Source: Mobula hypostoma (lineage: Eukaryota). Taken from it: DNA of 64,000 nt. This document shows, in pieces, positions 35,334-47,349 of the stretch. Each line of letters starts with the position of its first letter. Within the stretch, counting starts at the first letter, position 1. Below the pieces are notes generated by a model. The model ran no database searches, was not told the DNA's origin, and saw nothing but the letters and a program-made list of their open reading frames with translations. The stretch lies in contig NC_086108.1 of assembly GCF_963921235.1 (NCBI RefSeq), forward strand, positions 77,750,001-77,814,000, read 5' to 3'. The position numbers were made by a program, and so were the translations under genes.

Positions 35334-38231
35334 TAATATACAGAAATCAATGTGAAAAACAACAAAAATATGCTGAATTAAAAGAGGAAATTAAAAGACT
35401 ATGGAACATGAATAGAGTATACATCGTCCCAGTAGTAAGATCCACAACTGGTATCATTCCAAGTCACTACACAATAGCATTAAACAAATAGGCTTACACA
35501 GCAATATTTATGTAAATCTCTAGAAAGCTACAATATTAATCACCACCAGAGTAATCTGCAAGTTCCTTGCATTTGAGAAATAGAATACTTAGCTATATTT
35601 GTACCTCAGGTTTTACCAGCTTGAGCTGAGAAAAAAATAACGAAATGATAACAACAAGTTATTTATAGAGAACTTTTCATACCAACAATGTCATTCAAAG
35701 TGCTTTATAATGGGATAAAGTGCAAATATGAAATTGAATTAGAATATAAAAATAAAAATAAATATGAAAATAAAAGACAAAAAGAAGATAATTAAAAGCA
35801 AAGTTAAAAAGCAAATAAGCAGTTTTAGATCTGGCATTTACAAGTGTCAACTGAGTCTGCATCACATATAGTTTTGAATTCCACAGATTTGGAACATAGT
35901 TCAAAAAAGCCGACCTGCCAATTACCTTTTGAAGGAAATCATTTAAATTTAAGAGACCAGCAGAAAGAGACCTGAGAGCTCGAGCAAGATTATGAAACAA
36001 AAACAATTCTGTGATGTTCTCTGGTCCCAGACCATTGAGAGCTTTAAAAACAAGTAAGAGAACTTCAAAATGAATTCTAAAAGATACAGGAAGCCAATGC
36101 AGGGTAGCAAGTATGAGAGTGATATGCTCCCTCATCATGGTTTTAGTTAAAAGTCTAGTAGTGGCATTCTGAATGAGTTGAAGTTTAGCAGTAGATTGAT
36201 TTGGAATGCCAGTAATCTAGTCTATTCGATATAAAGGCGTGAATTAGTTTTTCAGCATCATTACATGACAGACATATTTCTTAAGTGTAGAAATGCATCC
36301 CTGGTCACTGTCATTATGTGGGATTTAAAATTCAAATCTGAATCAAGGATAACACCCAGGCTAGTTACTTCTGATTTTACAAGGGGAGCCAAGTTCCCAA
36401 GTTAATCAAGAAGTTTATCTCTTTTGGGTTTGGGACCAACCAAAAGCATTTCAATTTTATCTTCATTTAGTTTTAGGAAATTATTGTTCACCTATTTGTC
36501 TATTGTAGCTATACCAGAAATCAGAGAAGGTAGAGTGTTATCATCATCAGGGTCAACCGAGATATACAATTGTGTATCATCTGCATAAATGTGGAAATCA
36601 AGATTACTCTCTCTAATGATGTCTCCTAAAGGGAACATGAATATGGACAAGAGTAGGGGACCAAGACAGCTTCCTCAGGCAACACCAAAATGTACCTTGA
36701 ATCTCTTAGAAAATTGGTCTCCAAGACATACAAAATACTTTCTCTCTAAGGCATATGAATGAAACCAATTAAGGGCACTACCAGAGAGGACAACCTATTT
36801 CTCAAGACAATCTTGGAAAATGTTGTGGCAGTTGTGTCGAAGGTAGCACTTAGATGCAAAAGAATTAGAACTGAGACTCTGTCGGCACACGTGCTGAGCC
36901 TAAGGATACTGACAATTTTGTTACGGGCTGTTTTCATGCTGTGGCTTGCTCCAAAATCTGAAATTTTCCAATATATTGTTCTCATTCTGAAAGTTGTTGA
37001 GTTGGTTGAAAATGACTTTCTCAGGAATCTTGCCCAGAAGTAAGTAATCCATTTTGAGTGCTGTGGGGAGGGGGGGACAACCTACCTGGGGGAAGCAAAA
37101 GAGAAACATAGTTGGTAGTTCGCCTCCAAGGTGCCAGGGTCCACTATATTTCTGAACGTATCCACAATATCCTAAAAAGGAAGGGTAGGCAGCCAGAAGT
37201 TGTCGGACATATTGGTACCCATGACACCAGTAGAAAAAGGTAGAAGGTCCTGAAAACAGAGTACAAGGAGTTTGGAAGGAAGCTAAAAAGCAGGACCACA
37301 AGGTTACTAATATTGGGAATGCTGCCTGTGCCACGTGACAGTGAGGATACGAACAGAATGAGGAGGTGGATAAATGCTTGACTGAAGATTTGGAGCAGGG
37401 GAGAAGGATTCAGATTTCTGGCTAATTGTGACCTCTTCTGGGGCAGGTGTGACCTGTACAAAATGGACGGATTACACTTCAATCCAAGAGGGACCAATAT
37501 TCTTGCAGGCAGGTTTACTAGGGCTGTCGGGAGTGGTTTCAAATAATATGGCGAGGGGGTGGGAACCAGTATGATAGAACTCAGGATGAGCCAGTAGGCC
37601 TACACGTAGATGATGGATATAACGTGAATGTAAGGAAGGACAAGATGATGATTGGGTTCAAATACAGACAGAGCAAAGAGTTAAATTTTACCACGGAGGC
37701 AAAATTCAAAAGGGTGAAGAATGCAGGACTGAAGGTGCTGTATTTAAATTCACATAGCATTCAGAAAAAGGTGGATGCGCTCATAGTACAATTGGAGATT
37801 GGTCAGTATGATCTTGTGGGCATCACTGGCTCATGGCTGAAAGAAGGCCATAGTCGGGAGCTCAATATCAAAGGATATACTTTGTATCAAAAGGACAGGC
37901 AGTAACGCATAGACGGTGGTGTGGCTCTGTTGGTAAACGATGGAATTACATCTCTAGAAAGATGTGACCTAGGGACAGATGTTGAATCTTTGTGGGTGGA
38001 GTTCAGAAACTGCAAGGGTAACAAAAAAAATTATGAAAATCATATATAGGCCTCCAAATAGTAGCCAAGATGAAGGGTTGAGATTGCAAAGAGAGCTGGA
38101 AAAGGCATGTAATAAGGGAAATGATACAATTGTAATGAGGGACTTCAATATGCAGGGGGATTGGGAAAATCAGACTGGTGTTGGATCATAAGAGAGAGAA
38201 TTTGTTGAATGCCTACAAGATAGTTTTTTTA

Positions 38232-38440
38232 GTAACACACACAAAATGCTAGAGGAACTCAGCAGGCCAGGCAGCATTTAGGAAAAGAGTACAGTCAAAG
38301 TTTGGGACACTTGCTGAAGGGTTTCAGCCCACAACTTTGACTGTACTCTTTTCCCAGATGCTACCTGGCCTGCTGAGTTCCTCCAGTATTTTGTGTGTGT
38401 TGCTCAGATTTCCAACATCTGCAGATTTTCTCTTGTTTGT
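38232..38440. mobile_element. Hairpin mini-element made of two inverted Penelope pLTR ends
   Basis: Arms ~38234-38302 and ~38333-38401 are reverse complements; the extra tail is on the right only; degenerate duplication agatagttttttt / agatggcttttt on the flanks. Confidence 0.8.
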
Positions 38441-38485
38441 GAGATGGCTTTTTAGAGCAGCTTGTGCTTGAGCCTACTAAGGGAA

Positions 38486-38691
38486 GGGAGGGAGGGAACG
38501 TCGACTCAGACCATGAGAGGCCTGCGTCGGGCATTTTCATGCCTTACAAGGCACAGATTGGAAGTCTGTGTGGGGCTCCACTCAAACAGATACTAGAGCA
38601 ATGTGTGGTTAAGTGCCTTGCTTAAGGAAACAAACACGCTGCCACAGCTGAGGCTCGAACTAGCGACCTTCAGATCACTAGATGAACTCCT
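38486..38691 (-). mobile_element. 5'-truncated tRNA/CORE-like SINE, 8-bp TSD
   Basis: B box 'tagttcgagcc' and core shared with 10389-10703, different 3' part; taagggaa at 38478-38485 and 38692-38699. Confidence 0.8.
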
Positions 38692-40409
38692 TAAGGGAAA
38701 GGCTATCTTAGATTGGGTGTTATGTAATATCCTAGATCTTATTAGGGAGCTTAGGAACTCTTAGAAGACAGTGGTCATAATATGATTGAATTAATACTGC
38801 AATTTGAGAGGAAGAAGCATGTATCAGTATCACAATAGAATAAAGAGAATTACAGAGGCATGAGAGAAGTGCTTGCCCAGATGGGTTGGAGGAGGCTACT
38901 GGTGAGGATGATGTCAGAGCAGAGATGGCTGAAGCTTCTAGGAATATTTCACAAGGCGCCGGATAGATATATCCCATAGAAGAAGTTCTCAAGTGGCAGG
39001 GATAGGCTACGTGGCTGTCAAGGGAAGTTAAGGACTTCATAAAAGTCAAGGGAAGGGCATATATGGTAGCAAATGTGTGTGGGAAATTGGGTGATTGGGA
39101 AGTTTTTAAAATCCAATAAAAGACAAGAAAAGCTATAAGGGAAAAATGAAATATGAGGACAAACTAGACAATAATATACGGCAGAAAACCGTAAGTTTTT
39201 TCAGTTATATAAAAAGTAAAATGGAGGTGAGAGTTGATATTGGACCACTGGAAAATGATGCTGGTGAGGTAGTAATTGGGGCAAATAAATGGCAGATGAA
39301 CTTAATGAGTACTTTGCATCAGTCTTCACTGTGGAATACACCAGCAGCATGCCAGAGGTTCATGAGTGTCAGCGAGCAAGAGTGAGTGCCATTGCTCTTA
39401 CAAAGGATAAAATGCTAGGCAAACTCAAAGGTCTTAAGGTCGATAAGTCACCTGGACCAGATGGACTATATCCCAGAGTTCTGAAAGAAGGTACTGAAGT
39501 GATAATGGATGCATTGGTCACGACCTTTCAAGAATCACTTGATTCTGGCATGGTCCCTGAGGACTGCAAAATTGCAAATGCCAATCCACTCTTTAAGAAG
39601 GGAGGAAGGCAAAAGAAAGAAAACTGTAGGCCAGTTAGCCTAACCTCAGTGGTTGGGAAAGTGCTGGAGTCTATTATTAAGCATGAGGTTTCAAGGCACT
39701 TGGAGACTAATAATAAAATAAATCAAAGTCAGCATAGTTTCTGTAAAGGGAAAACTTGCCTAACAAATCCGTTAGAGTTCTTTGAGGAAGTAACAAGCAG
39801 GGTGGACAGCAAAGAGGCAGCTGATGTCATTTACTTGGATTTTCAGAAGGCGTTTGATAAGGTGCCACACATGAGGCTGCTTAACAAGATAAAATCTTAT
39901 GGCATCACAGGAAAGATATTGGCATGGATAACGGAATGGCTGACAGGCAGGAGGCAGCAAATGGGAATAAAAGTGGTCAGTATTGGGAGTGCTGCTTTCA
40001 CATCATTTGTCAATGATTTGGATAATGGAATTGCTGGCTTTGTGGCAAAGTTTGCGGATGATGCAAAGATAGGTGGAGGGGTAGGTAGCGCTGAGGAAGC
40101 AATGTGATTACAGCAGGACTCAGTCAAATTGGAAGAATGAGTAAAAAATGGTAGATGGAATACAGTATTGGGAAATGCATAATAATGCATTTCAATAAAA
40201 AGAACAATAGTGCAGACTATTATCTAAATGTGGAGAAGGTTCAAACATTGGAAGTGCAGGGGAACTTAGAGGTTCTCATGCAAGACTCCCAGAAGGTTAA
40301 TTTACAGGTTGAGTCTGTGGTAAAGAAGGCAAATACAAGGCTGCCATTTATTTCAAGGGAAATAGAATATAAAAGCAAGGAGATAATGCTGAGTCTTTAT
40401 AAGACACTA

Positions 40410-40692
40410 GTCAAGTCAAGTCAAGTCACTTTTTATTGTCATTTTAACCATAACTGCTGGTACAGAACATAGTAAAAATGAGACAATGTTTTCCAAGACC
40501 ATGGTGCTACGTGAAACAATACAAAAACTACACTGAACTACGTAAGAAAAAACACAAAAACTACACTAGACTACAGACCTATCCAGGACTGTATAAAGTG
40601 CACAAAACAGTGCAGGCACTACAATAAATAATAATAAATAATAAACAAGACAGTAGGCACAGTAGAGGGTATAGTAGGAGGGTATAGTATAG
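40410..40692 (-). mobile_element. Rex1-like 3' end with (GACTT)n tail
   Basis: Same family as 52094-52366 (gtcaagtc..tttttattgtcattt..gctggtacag..gaccatggtgctac). Confidence 0.75.
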
Positions 40693-42149
40693 CAGGCTGC
40701 ACTTGGAGTATTGTCAACAGTTTTGGACCCCATATCTCAGAACAGATGTGTTGTCATTGGAGAGAGTCCAGAGGAGATTCACGAGGATGATTCTGGGAAT
40801 GGAAGGGTTAAAATATGAGGAGCATTTGGCAGTTTTGGGCCTGTATTCACTGGAATTTAGAATAATGCGGGGGGGTTGGGGGAATCTCATTGACACCTAC
40901 TGAATGTTGTATGGACAAGATAGGGTGGATGTGGAGAGGTTGTTTCCTGTGGTGGGGGTAATCCGGATCTAGAGGGCACAGCCTCAAATCTGAGGGGCGA
41001 CCTTTTAGAACAGAGCTATGGAGGAATTTTTTTAGCCAGAGAGTAGTGAATCTGTGGAATGCTCTGCCACAGACTGTGGTGGAGGCCAAATCCATGGGTA
41101 TATTTAAAGTCGAAGTTAATCGTTTCCTGATTGGTCAGGCCTTCAAAGGATATGGCAAGAAGGCAGGTGCATGGGGTTGAGTGGGATCCAGGATCAACCA
41201 AAATGGAATGGCGGAGCAGATTCGATGGGCTGAATGGCCTAATTCTACTCCAATGTCCTATGGTCATATGATCTTGTGGAAGGGAAGATTTGACATAGAC
41301 CTGTAGTTAGCTAGTACCTCACTATCAAGAAGATATGGCTTTTGAAATAGAGGTTTAACAGCCCTCATTTTTAAAGCATCTGGATAAACTCCACTTTCAA
41401 GGGATATGTTAATAATGTTCCTGACAAAATTGAAAACACCAGTAAAAGAGTCCTGAAAAAATGTGATGGGGCAGGGTCAAGACAACAAGTAGATGGTTTA
41501 CTCTTTGTTACAATCTTATAGAATTCTAAATCAGAAATACTTGTAAATTTTGACATGCTTGTCTCCTTTATACGAGTTTGGTTATAGAGGTTACCTACAA
41601 ACTAATGGAAGTAATTTTGTTGATAAAAAATATTGTGAATTCAGCGCAATCATAACATTGGAAGGATGATTGTAAGTACTCAGTGGATCCTTTATCCCAA
41701 ATTGTTGGGCCAGGATTGACAAAGATATCCTAAACTTAGCTTGTCCAGCCCTTTTTTGTTACGTGGCCTATGGAACTGAATGGAGCATGCATGGCCTTCA
41801 GTCTGAACAGACCTGCTGAAAAATAAACCCTAATATATACATTCAAAAGACCCTATTACATGCATCCAATGACAGACAACCCCTTAGTAAATATTTGCCA
41901 GCCTCCTTGTTGGTGTTATTGAAGTAATAATGTTATCATCTTGCTAAGTCTCAATGATTGATTGAAATGAATATTGACTTTACAGGTTCAGCATGCAGCA
42001 TTTTCTCCCTCTCAGCGCCAAGATATGGTGACATTTACAGGACTTAAATTCGAGGCATTCCTGATTCAACTGATATTAAAATAACAAAATGAGCTGACAT
42101 AATATTACAGATAAATGCAAGGTCTTATCTGCTGAGTGCAGGCATACAT

Positions 42150-42652
42150 AGCTACCATGTCACAGAGCCATAGAGTTGTCTGAGTCTGAGGCCTCCGTTG
42201 GTCAGAGTCAATTGTGGATATTGCATCCTAGCCATTGAGACACGCAAGCTTGGGGAGCACAATATGGAGAGCAAGTTGTTGCCCATGTAGCAAGCTCTCC
42301 CTCTCCATGCAACTGGTGAACCCAAAGGAACAGCAGAGACCAATACCAGCAGTATCACAGGAGTTGCCTGTCAGCATTGAACTCAATGTAGGCCTGCCTT
42401 GGGGACTCCAGCTCCGGATTTTTCCCTCGGAGTTTACACCCAAACCATTCCCCATGAGTGAGTATAGCCACAAGGCAGTGAAGGTTTGATATCAGAGTTT
42501 TCCTTCTCCAGGATGAGCTGCCAACCATGGCTGACAAGCCCCATGTACCCGAAGCGATTGGTTTTAAAGTGCCAATAACCTGCCTTTGCCCCTTCTCCTG
42601 TCAGTAGTAATGATTCTGCGGGGCTTAATAGCTAAGCCACACATGAAGGCTA
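42150..42652 (-). mobile_element. Non-autonomous RTE-related repeat
   Basis: 'ggggactccagctccggatttttccctcgg' and a block shared with the SINE at ~10487-10520; RTE assignment is inference. Confidence 0.5.
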
Positions 42653-43341
42653 ATTGTACAGCACAGAAATGGACTCTTTCCTCTCACTTTAAATATATGT
42701 CCGTTTGTTTTTGATACCTTAGCCTTGGGAAAAGATTCTATCTACCTATCTATGCCTCTTATAAGTTTGTATTCCTCCATCTGGTCATTCCTCAGCCTCT
42801 TTTGTTCCAGGGAAAACTAACCTGGTTTATCTAATCTCTCCCCATATCTATAATCCGCCATTCCAGGCGGCATCCTGGTTAATCCCCTCTGCACTCTCTC
42901 CCATTCAGCCAACTCGTTCTTATAGTGTGGCAGCTAGGACTGTACATAATACTCTAGTTGCAGTCTATCCACCGATTTATAAAACAGCAACATAATGTCC
43001 CAGTTGTATATCCTGTTCCCTTTCCTATGAAGATAAGTATACAATATACCATCTTTAGTGTCTATATGTGTTGCTGCTTTCAGGGTACTATGGACTTGAA
43101 CCCTATGGATGTTCTCATTAACCTTAGTTGGCACCCTAACATTTATTGTGTACTGAATACTCTACCCCCATTGACTTTCCAATGCAATGATTCTGCACAA
43201 CTTTCCAACTAAACTTCCTACTAAGTCTATGTAGACTTAGAAAAGCTTACTTTCTATCCATAATACCATCACTTTTGTGTCATCCATGAACTTACTGATC
43301 ATAGCTCCTACATTCACATCCCAGTTTTGTTTGTTTGTTTG

Positions 43342-46103
43342 TTTTTTATGGACGTAGCTGGGACCTTGATGGAAAGTTTTGCATCTCTTTTTTAGTCACA
43401 GATAGTCATAGTCATAGTCATAGTCATTGTCATACTTTATTGAACCAATTTCCCCTGGGATCAATAAAGTATGACATAGAAACATAGAAACATAGAAAAT
43501 AGGTGCAGGAGTAGGCCATTCGGCCCTTCGAGCCTGCACCGCCATTTATTATGATCATGGCTGATCATCCAACTCAGAACCCCGCCCCAGCCTTCCCTCC
43601 ATACCCCCTGACCCCCGTAGCCACAAGGGCCATATCTAACTCCCTCTTAAATATAGCCAATGAACTGGCCTCAACAGTTTCCTGTGGCAGAGAATTCCAC
43701 AGATTCACCACTCTCTGTGTGAAGAAGTTTTTCCTAATCTCAGTCCTAAAAGGCTTCCCCTCTATCCTCAAACTGTGACCCCTCGTTCTGGACTTCCCCA
43801 ACATCAGGAACAATCTTCCTGCATCTAGCCTGTCCAATCCCCTTAGGATCTTATACGTTTCAATCAGATCCCCCCTCAATCTTCTAAATTCCAACGAGTA
43901 CAAGCCCAATTCATCCAGTCTTTCTTCATATGAAAGTCCTGCCATCCCAGGAATCAATCTGGTGAACCTTCTTTGTACTCCCTCTATGGCAAAGATGTCT
44001 TTCCTCAGATTAGGGGACCAAAACTGCACACAATACTCCAGGTGTGGTCTCACCAAGGCCTTGTACAACTGCAGTAGTACCTCCCTGCTCCTGTACTCGA
44101 ATCCTCTCGCTATAAATGCCAGCATACCATTTGCCTTTTTCACCGCCTGCTGTACTTGCATGCCCACTTTCAATGACTGGTGTATAATGACACCCAGGTC
44201 TCATTGCACCTCCCCTTTTCCTAATCGGCCACCATTCAGATAATAATCTGTTTTCCTATTTTTGCCACCAAAGTGGATAACTTCATATTTATCCACATTA
44301 AATTGCATCTGCCATGAATTTGCCCACTCACCCAACCTATCCAAGTCACCCTGCATCCTCTTAGCATCCTCCTCACTGCTAACACTGCCACCCAGCTTCG
44401 TGTCATCCGCAAACTTGGAGATGTTGTATTTAATTCCCTCATCCAAGTCATTAATATATATTGTAAACAACTGGGATCCCAGCACTGAGCCTTGCGGTAC
44501 CCCACTAGTCACCGCCTGCCATTCTGAAAAGGTCCCGGTTATTCCCACTCTTTGCTTCCTGTCTGCTAACCAATTCTCCACCCACACCAATACCTTACCC
44601 CCAATACCGTGTGCTTTAAGTTTGCACACTAATCTCCTGTGTGGGACCTTGTCAAAAGCCTTTTGAAAATCCAAATATACCACATCCACTGGTTCTCCCC
44701 TATCCACTCTACTAGTTACATCCTCAAAAAATTCTATGAGATTCGTCAGACATGATTTTCCTTTCACAAATCCATGCTGACTTTGTCCGATCATTTCACC
44801 GCTTTCCAAATGTGCTGTTATCACATCCTTGATAACTGACTCCAGCAGTTTCCCCACCACCGACGTTAGGCTAACCGGTCTATAATTCCCCGGTTTCTCT
44901 CTCCCTCCTTTTTTAAAAAGTGGGGTTACGTTAGCCACCCTCCAATCCTCAGGAACTAGTCCAGAATCTAACGAGTTTTGAAAAATTATCACTAATGCAT
45001 CCACTATTTCTTGGGCTACTTCTTTAAGCACTCTAGGATGCAGACCATCTGGCCCTAGGGATTTATCTGCCTTCAATCCCTTCAATTTACCTAACATCAC
45101 TTCCCTACTAACATGTATTTCGCTCAGTTCCTCCATCTCACTGGACCCTCTGTCCCTTACTATTTCTGGAAGATTATTTATGTCCTCCTTAGTGAAGACA
45201 GAACCAAAGTAATTATTCAATTGGTCTGCCATGTCCTTGCTCCCCATAATCAATTCGCCTGTTTCTGTCTGCAGGGGACCTACATTTGTCTTTACCAGTC
45301 TTTTCCTTTTTACTTATCTATAAAAGCTTTTACAGTCCGTTTTTATGTTCCCTGCCAGTTTTCTCTCATAATCTTTTTTCCCCTTCCTAATTAAGCCCTT
45401 TGTCCTCCTCTGCTGAACTCTGAATTTCTCCCAGTCCTCAGGTGAGCCACTTTCTCTGGCTAATTTGTATGCTTCTTCTTTGGAATTGATACTATCCCTA
45501 ATTTCTCTTGTCAGCCACGGTGCACTACCTTCCTTGATTTATTCTTTTGCCAAACTGGGATGAACAATTGTTGTAGTTCATCCATGCAACCTTTAAATGC
45601 TTGCCATTGCATATCCACCGTCAATCCTTTAAGTGTCATTTGCCAGTCTATCTTAGCTAATTCACGTCTCATACCTTCAAAGTCACCCCTCTTTAAGTTC
45701 AGAATTAACTATGTCACTCTCCATCTTAATGAAGAATTCCACCATATTATGGTCACTCTTACCCAAGGGGCCTCTCACGACAAGATCGCTAATTAACCCT
45801 TCCTCATTGCTCAAAACCCAGTCCAGAATAGCCTGCTCTCTAGTCGGTTCCTCAACATGTTGGTTCAAAAAACCATCCTGCATACATTCCAAGAAATCCT
45901 CTTCCTCAGCACCTTTACCAATTTGGTTCACCCAGTCTACATGTAGATTGAAGTCACCCATTATAACTGCTGTTCCTTTATTGCACACATTTCTAATTTC
46001 CTGTTTCATACCATCTCCGACCTCACTATGACTATGACTATTTGTGGCTAAAAAAGAGATGCAAAACTCTCCATCAAGATCCCAGCTATGTTCATAAAAA
46101 AAA
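43342..46103. repeat. Interrupted palindrome: left arm 43342-43443; right arm 43461-43475 plus 46027-46103
   Basis: 46026-46101 is the reverse complement of 43342-43417 with ~6 mismatches; core gtcatactttattga / tcaataaagtatgac. Confidence 0.85.
43474..46026 (-). mobile_element. Young CR1 LINE (endonuclease C-terminus + RT), 5'-truncated; same family as 3715-4842
   Basis: ORFs 45683-46144 (IMGDFNL, SDHN), 44201-45253 and 43574-44173; CGA>TGA stop at 44201-44203; (TTCTATGT)n tail at 43474-43498. Confidence 0.95.
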
Positions 46104-47349
46104 ATCACTAAGTTGCAAAATTCTCCATCAGGGCCCCTTCCCACAGCGTTCTGGGGTCGATCTCTGTTAGCTTCGGTTTTATCAACCTATGTACATGCCA
46201 TCACACCCAAAATTTTTTCCTTCTTAATACAGATCTGCTCCAGATTATACACACATCCCTCTCTGAATTCATTACCTTCCATGTCCTTCCATTTGGTGAA
46301 TACTAATGAAAAGTATTAAATTAGGGGCCCAACCACATCACCTGGCTCCATACATTCTAGAGATTACCCGTTTGGTCCCTGAGGAAACCCAGCCTTTCTT
46401 TCGTTCCTGATATAGAATGTCTTGGGATTCCCCGTAATCTCACCTGCTAAGGGTATTTCGCAGCCCCTTTTTCTGTCATACTAGTTCATACCATAAATTC
46501 TCTCCTGCTTACTCGATATTCCTTCGTGACGATAGTTGCCTTTATTTGTCAATTTTTTCCTTTTATTCCATTATCAAAACTTTAATATCCTTTGTAATCC
46601 AAGGCTCCCTTCCCTAATCTTACCATCTTTTCCACATGTGCCGGAACTGAAGTCTTACTAACTCTGTTTTAAAAGGCTCACACTTGTCTGCCATTGCTTT
46701 ATCTTCAAGCATGTGTTCCCAATCCAGTTTTGCCACGTTCTCTCTTATGTTATTGAAATTCAAGATCTTAAGTTGCGGAGAGCATTATCCCTTTCCATAA
46801 CCACCTTTAAACTTATATAAATATGGACACTTTTCCCACGGCATTCCCATTGACCTCCCTCCACCTGACCAATTTCATTTCTTCATCTCTAGCAAGACTC
46901 TGTATACACTCAGTAATCACCTTATTAGATACCTCCTGCATCTAATAAAGTGGCCACTGAGTGTACGTTTGTGGTCATCTGCTGCTGTAGCCCATCCACT
47001 TCAACATGTTGTACAGAGATGCTCTTCCACACACCACTGTTGTAATGCGTGGTTACTTAAATTACTGCTTCCTTCCTGTCGGCTTCAACTAGTCTAGTCA
47101 TTCTCCTCTGACCTCTCTCATTAACAAGAAATTTTTACCCACAGAACTGCTACTCACTGGATCTTTTTTGTTTTTCACACCATTCTCTGTAAATTCTACA
47201 GGCTGTTTGTGAAAATCTTAAGAGATCAGCTGTTTCTGAAATACTCAAACTACCCTGTCAGGCAACAACAATCATTGCATGATCAAAGTTACTTAGATCA
47301 CATTTCTTCCCCATTCTTACATTTGGTCTGAACCACAACTGGACCTCTT

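Larger units (their letters stand above)
32560..35640 (+). mobile_element. R4/Dong-clade non-LTR retrotransposon (RLE type), 5'-truncated, in four pieces (32560-32745, 33366-33558, 33839-34462, 35334-35640)
   Basis: HKYLGY, TFAIP, ISWSETDLENL, TLPRTERGRGI, IQDQVVNT, CRKCQEKPETIQYIAGSC..RHNQVA, YKPDPVLE, KYAELKEEIKRLW..IVPVV..TGIIP; flanked by TAC/TAA microsatellite. Confidence 0.8.
37041..41276 (+). mobile_element. Long decayed CR1 (ORF1 esterase end, APE endonuclease, RT) carrying three insertions
   Basis: LKVLYLNSHSI, YDLVGITGSWL, YRPPNS, DFNM, KSPGPDG, RPVSLTSVVGK, DFQKAFDKVPH, FADDAK, LGLYSLEFR; 3' tail 'cctatggtcatatg'. Confidence 0.92.
35641..41660 (-). mobile_element. L2 LINE remnant (35641-37040 and ~41277-41660) split by a CR1
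   Basis: REHIT..LHWLPVSFRIHF..LLVFKALNGLGP, HIYADDTQLY, LLHLSATFDT; resumes beyond the CR1 with NYRSMSNLP and KPSTCCLDPAP. Confidence 0.85.
42653..46890 (-). mobile_element. Old CR1 (42653-43324 and ~46104-46890) hosting a palindrome and a young CR1
   Basis: Left part LQLEYYVQ and 'cttttgtgtcatccatgaactt' (DDTK); right part degenerate upstream ORF2. Confidence 0.6.
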
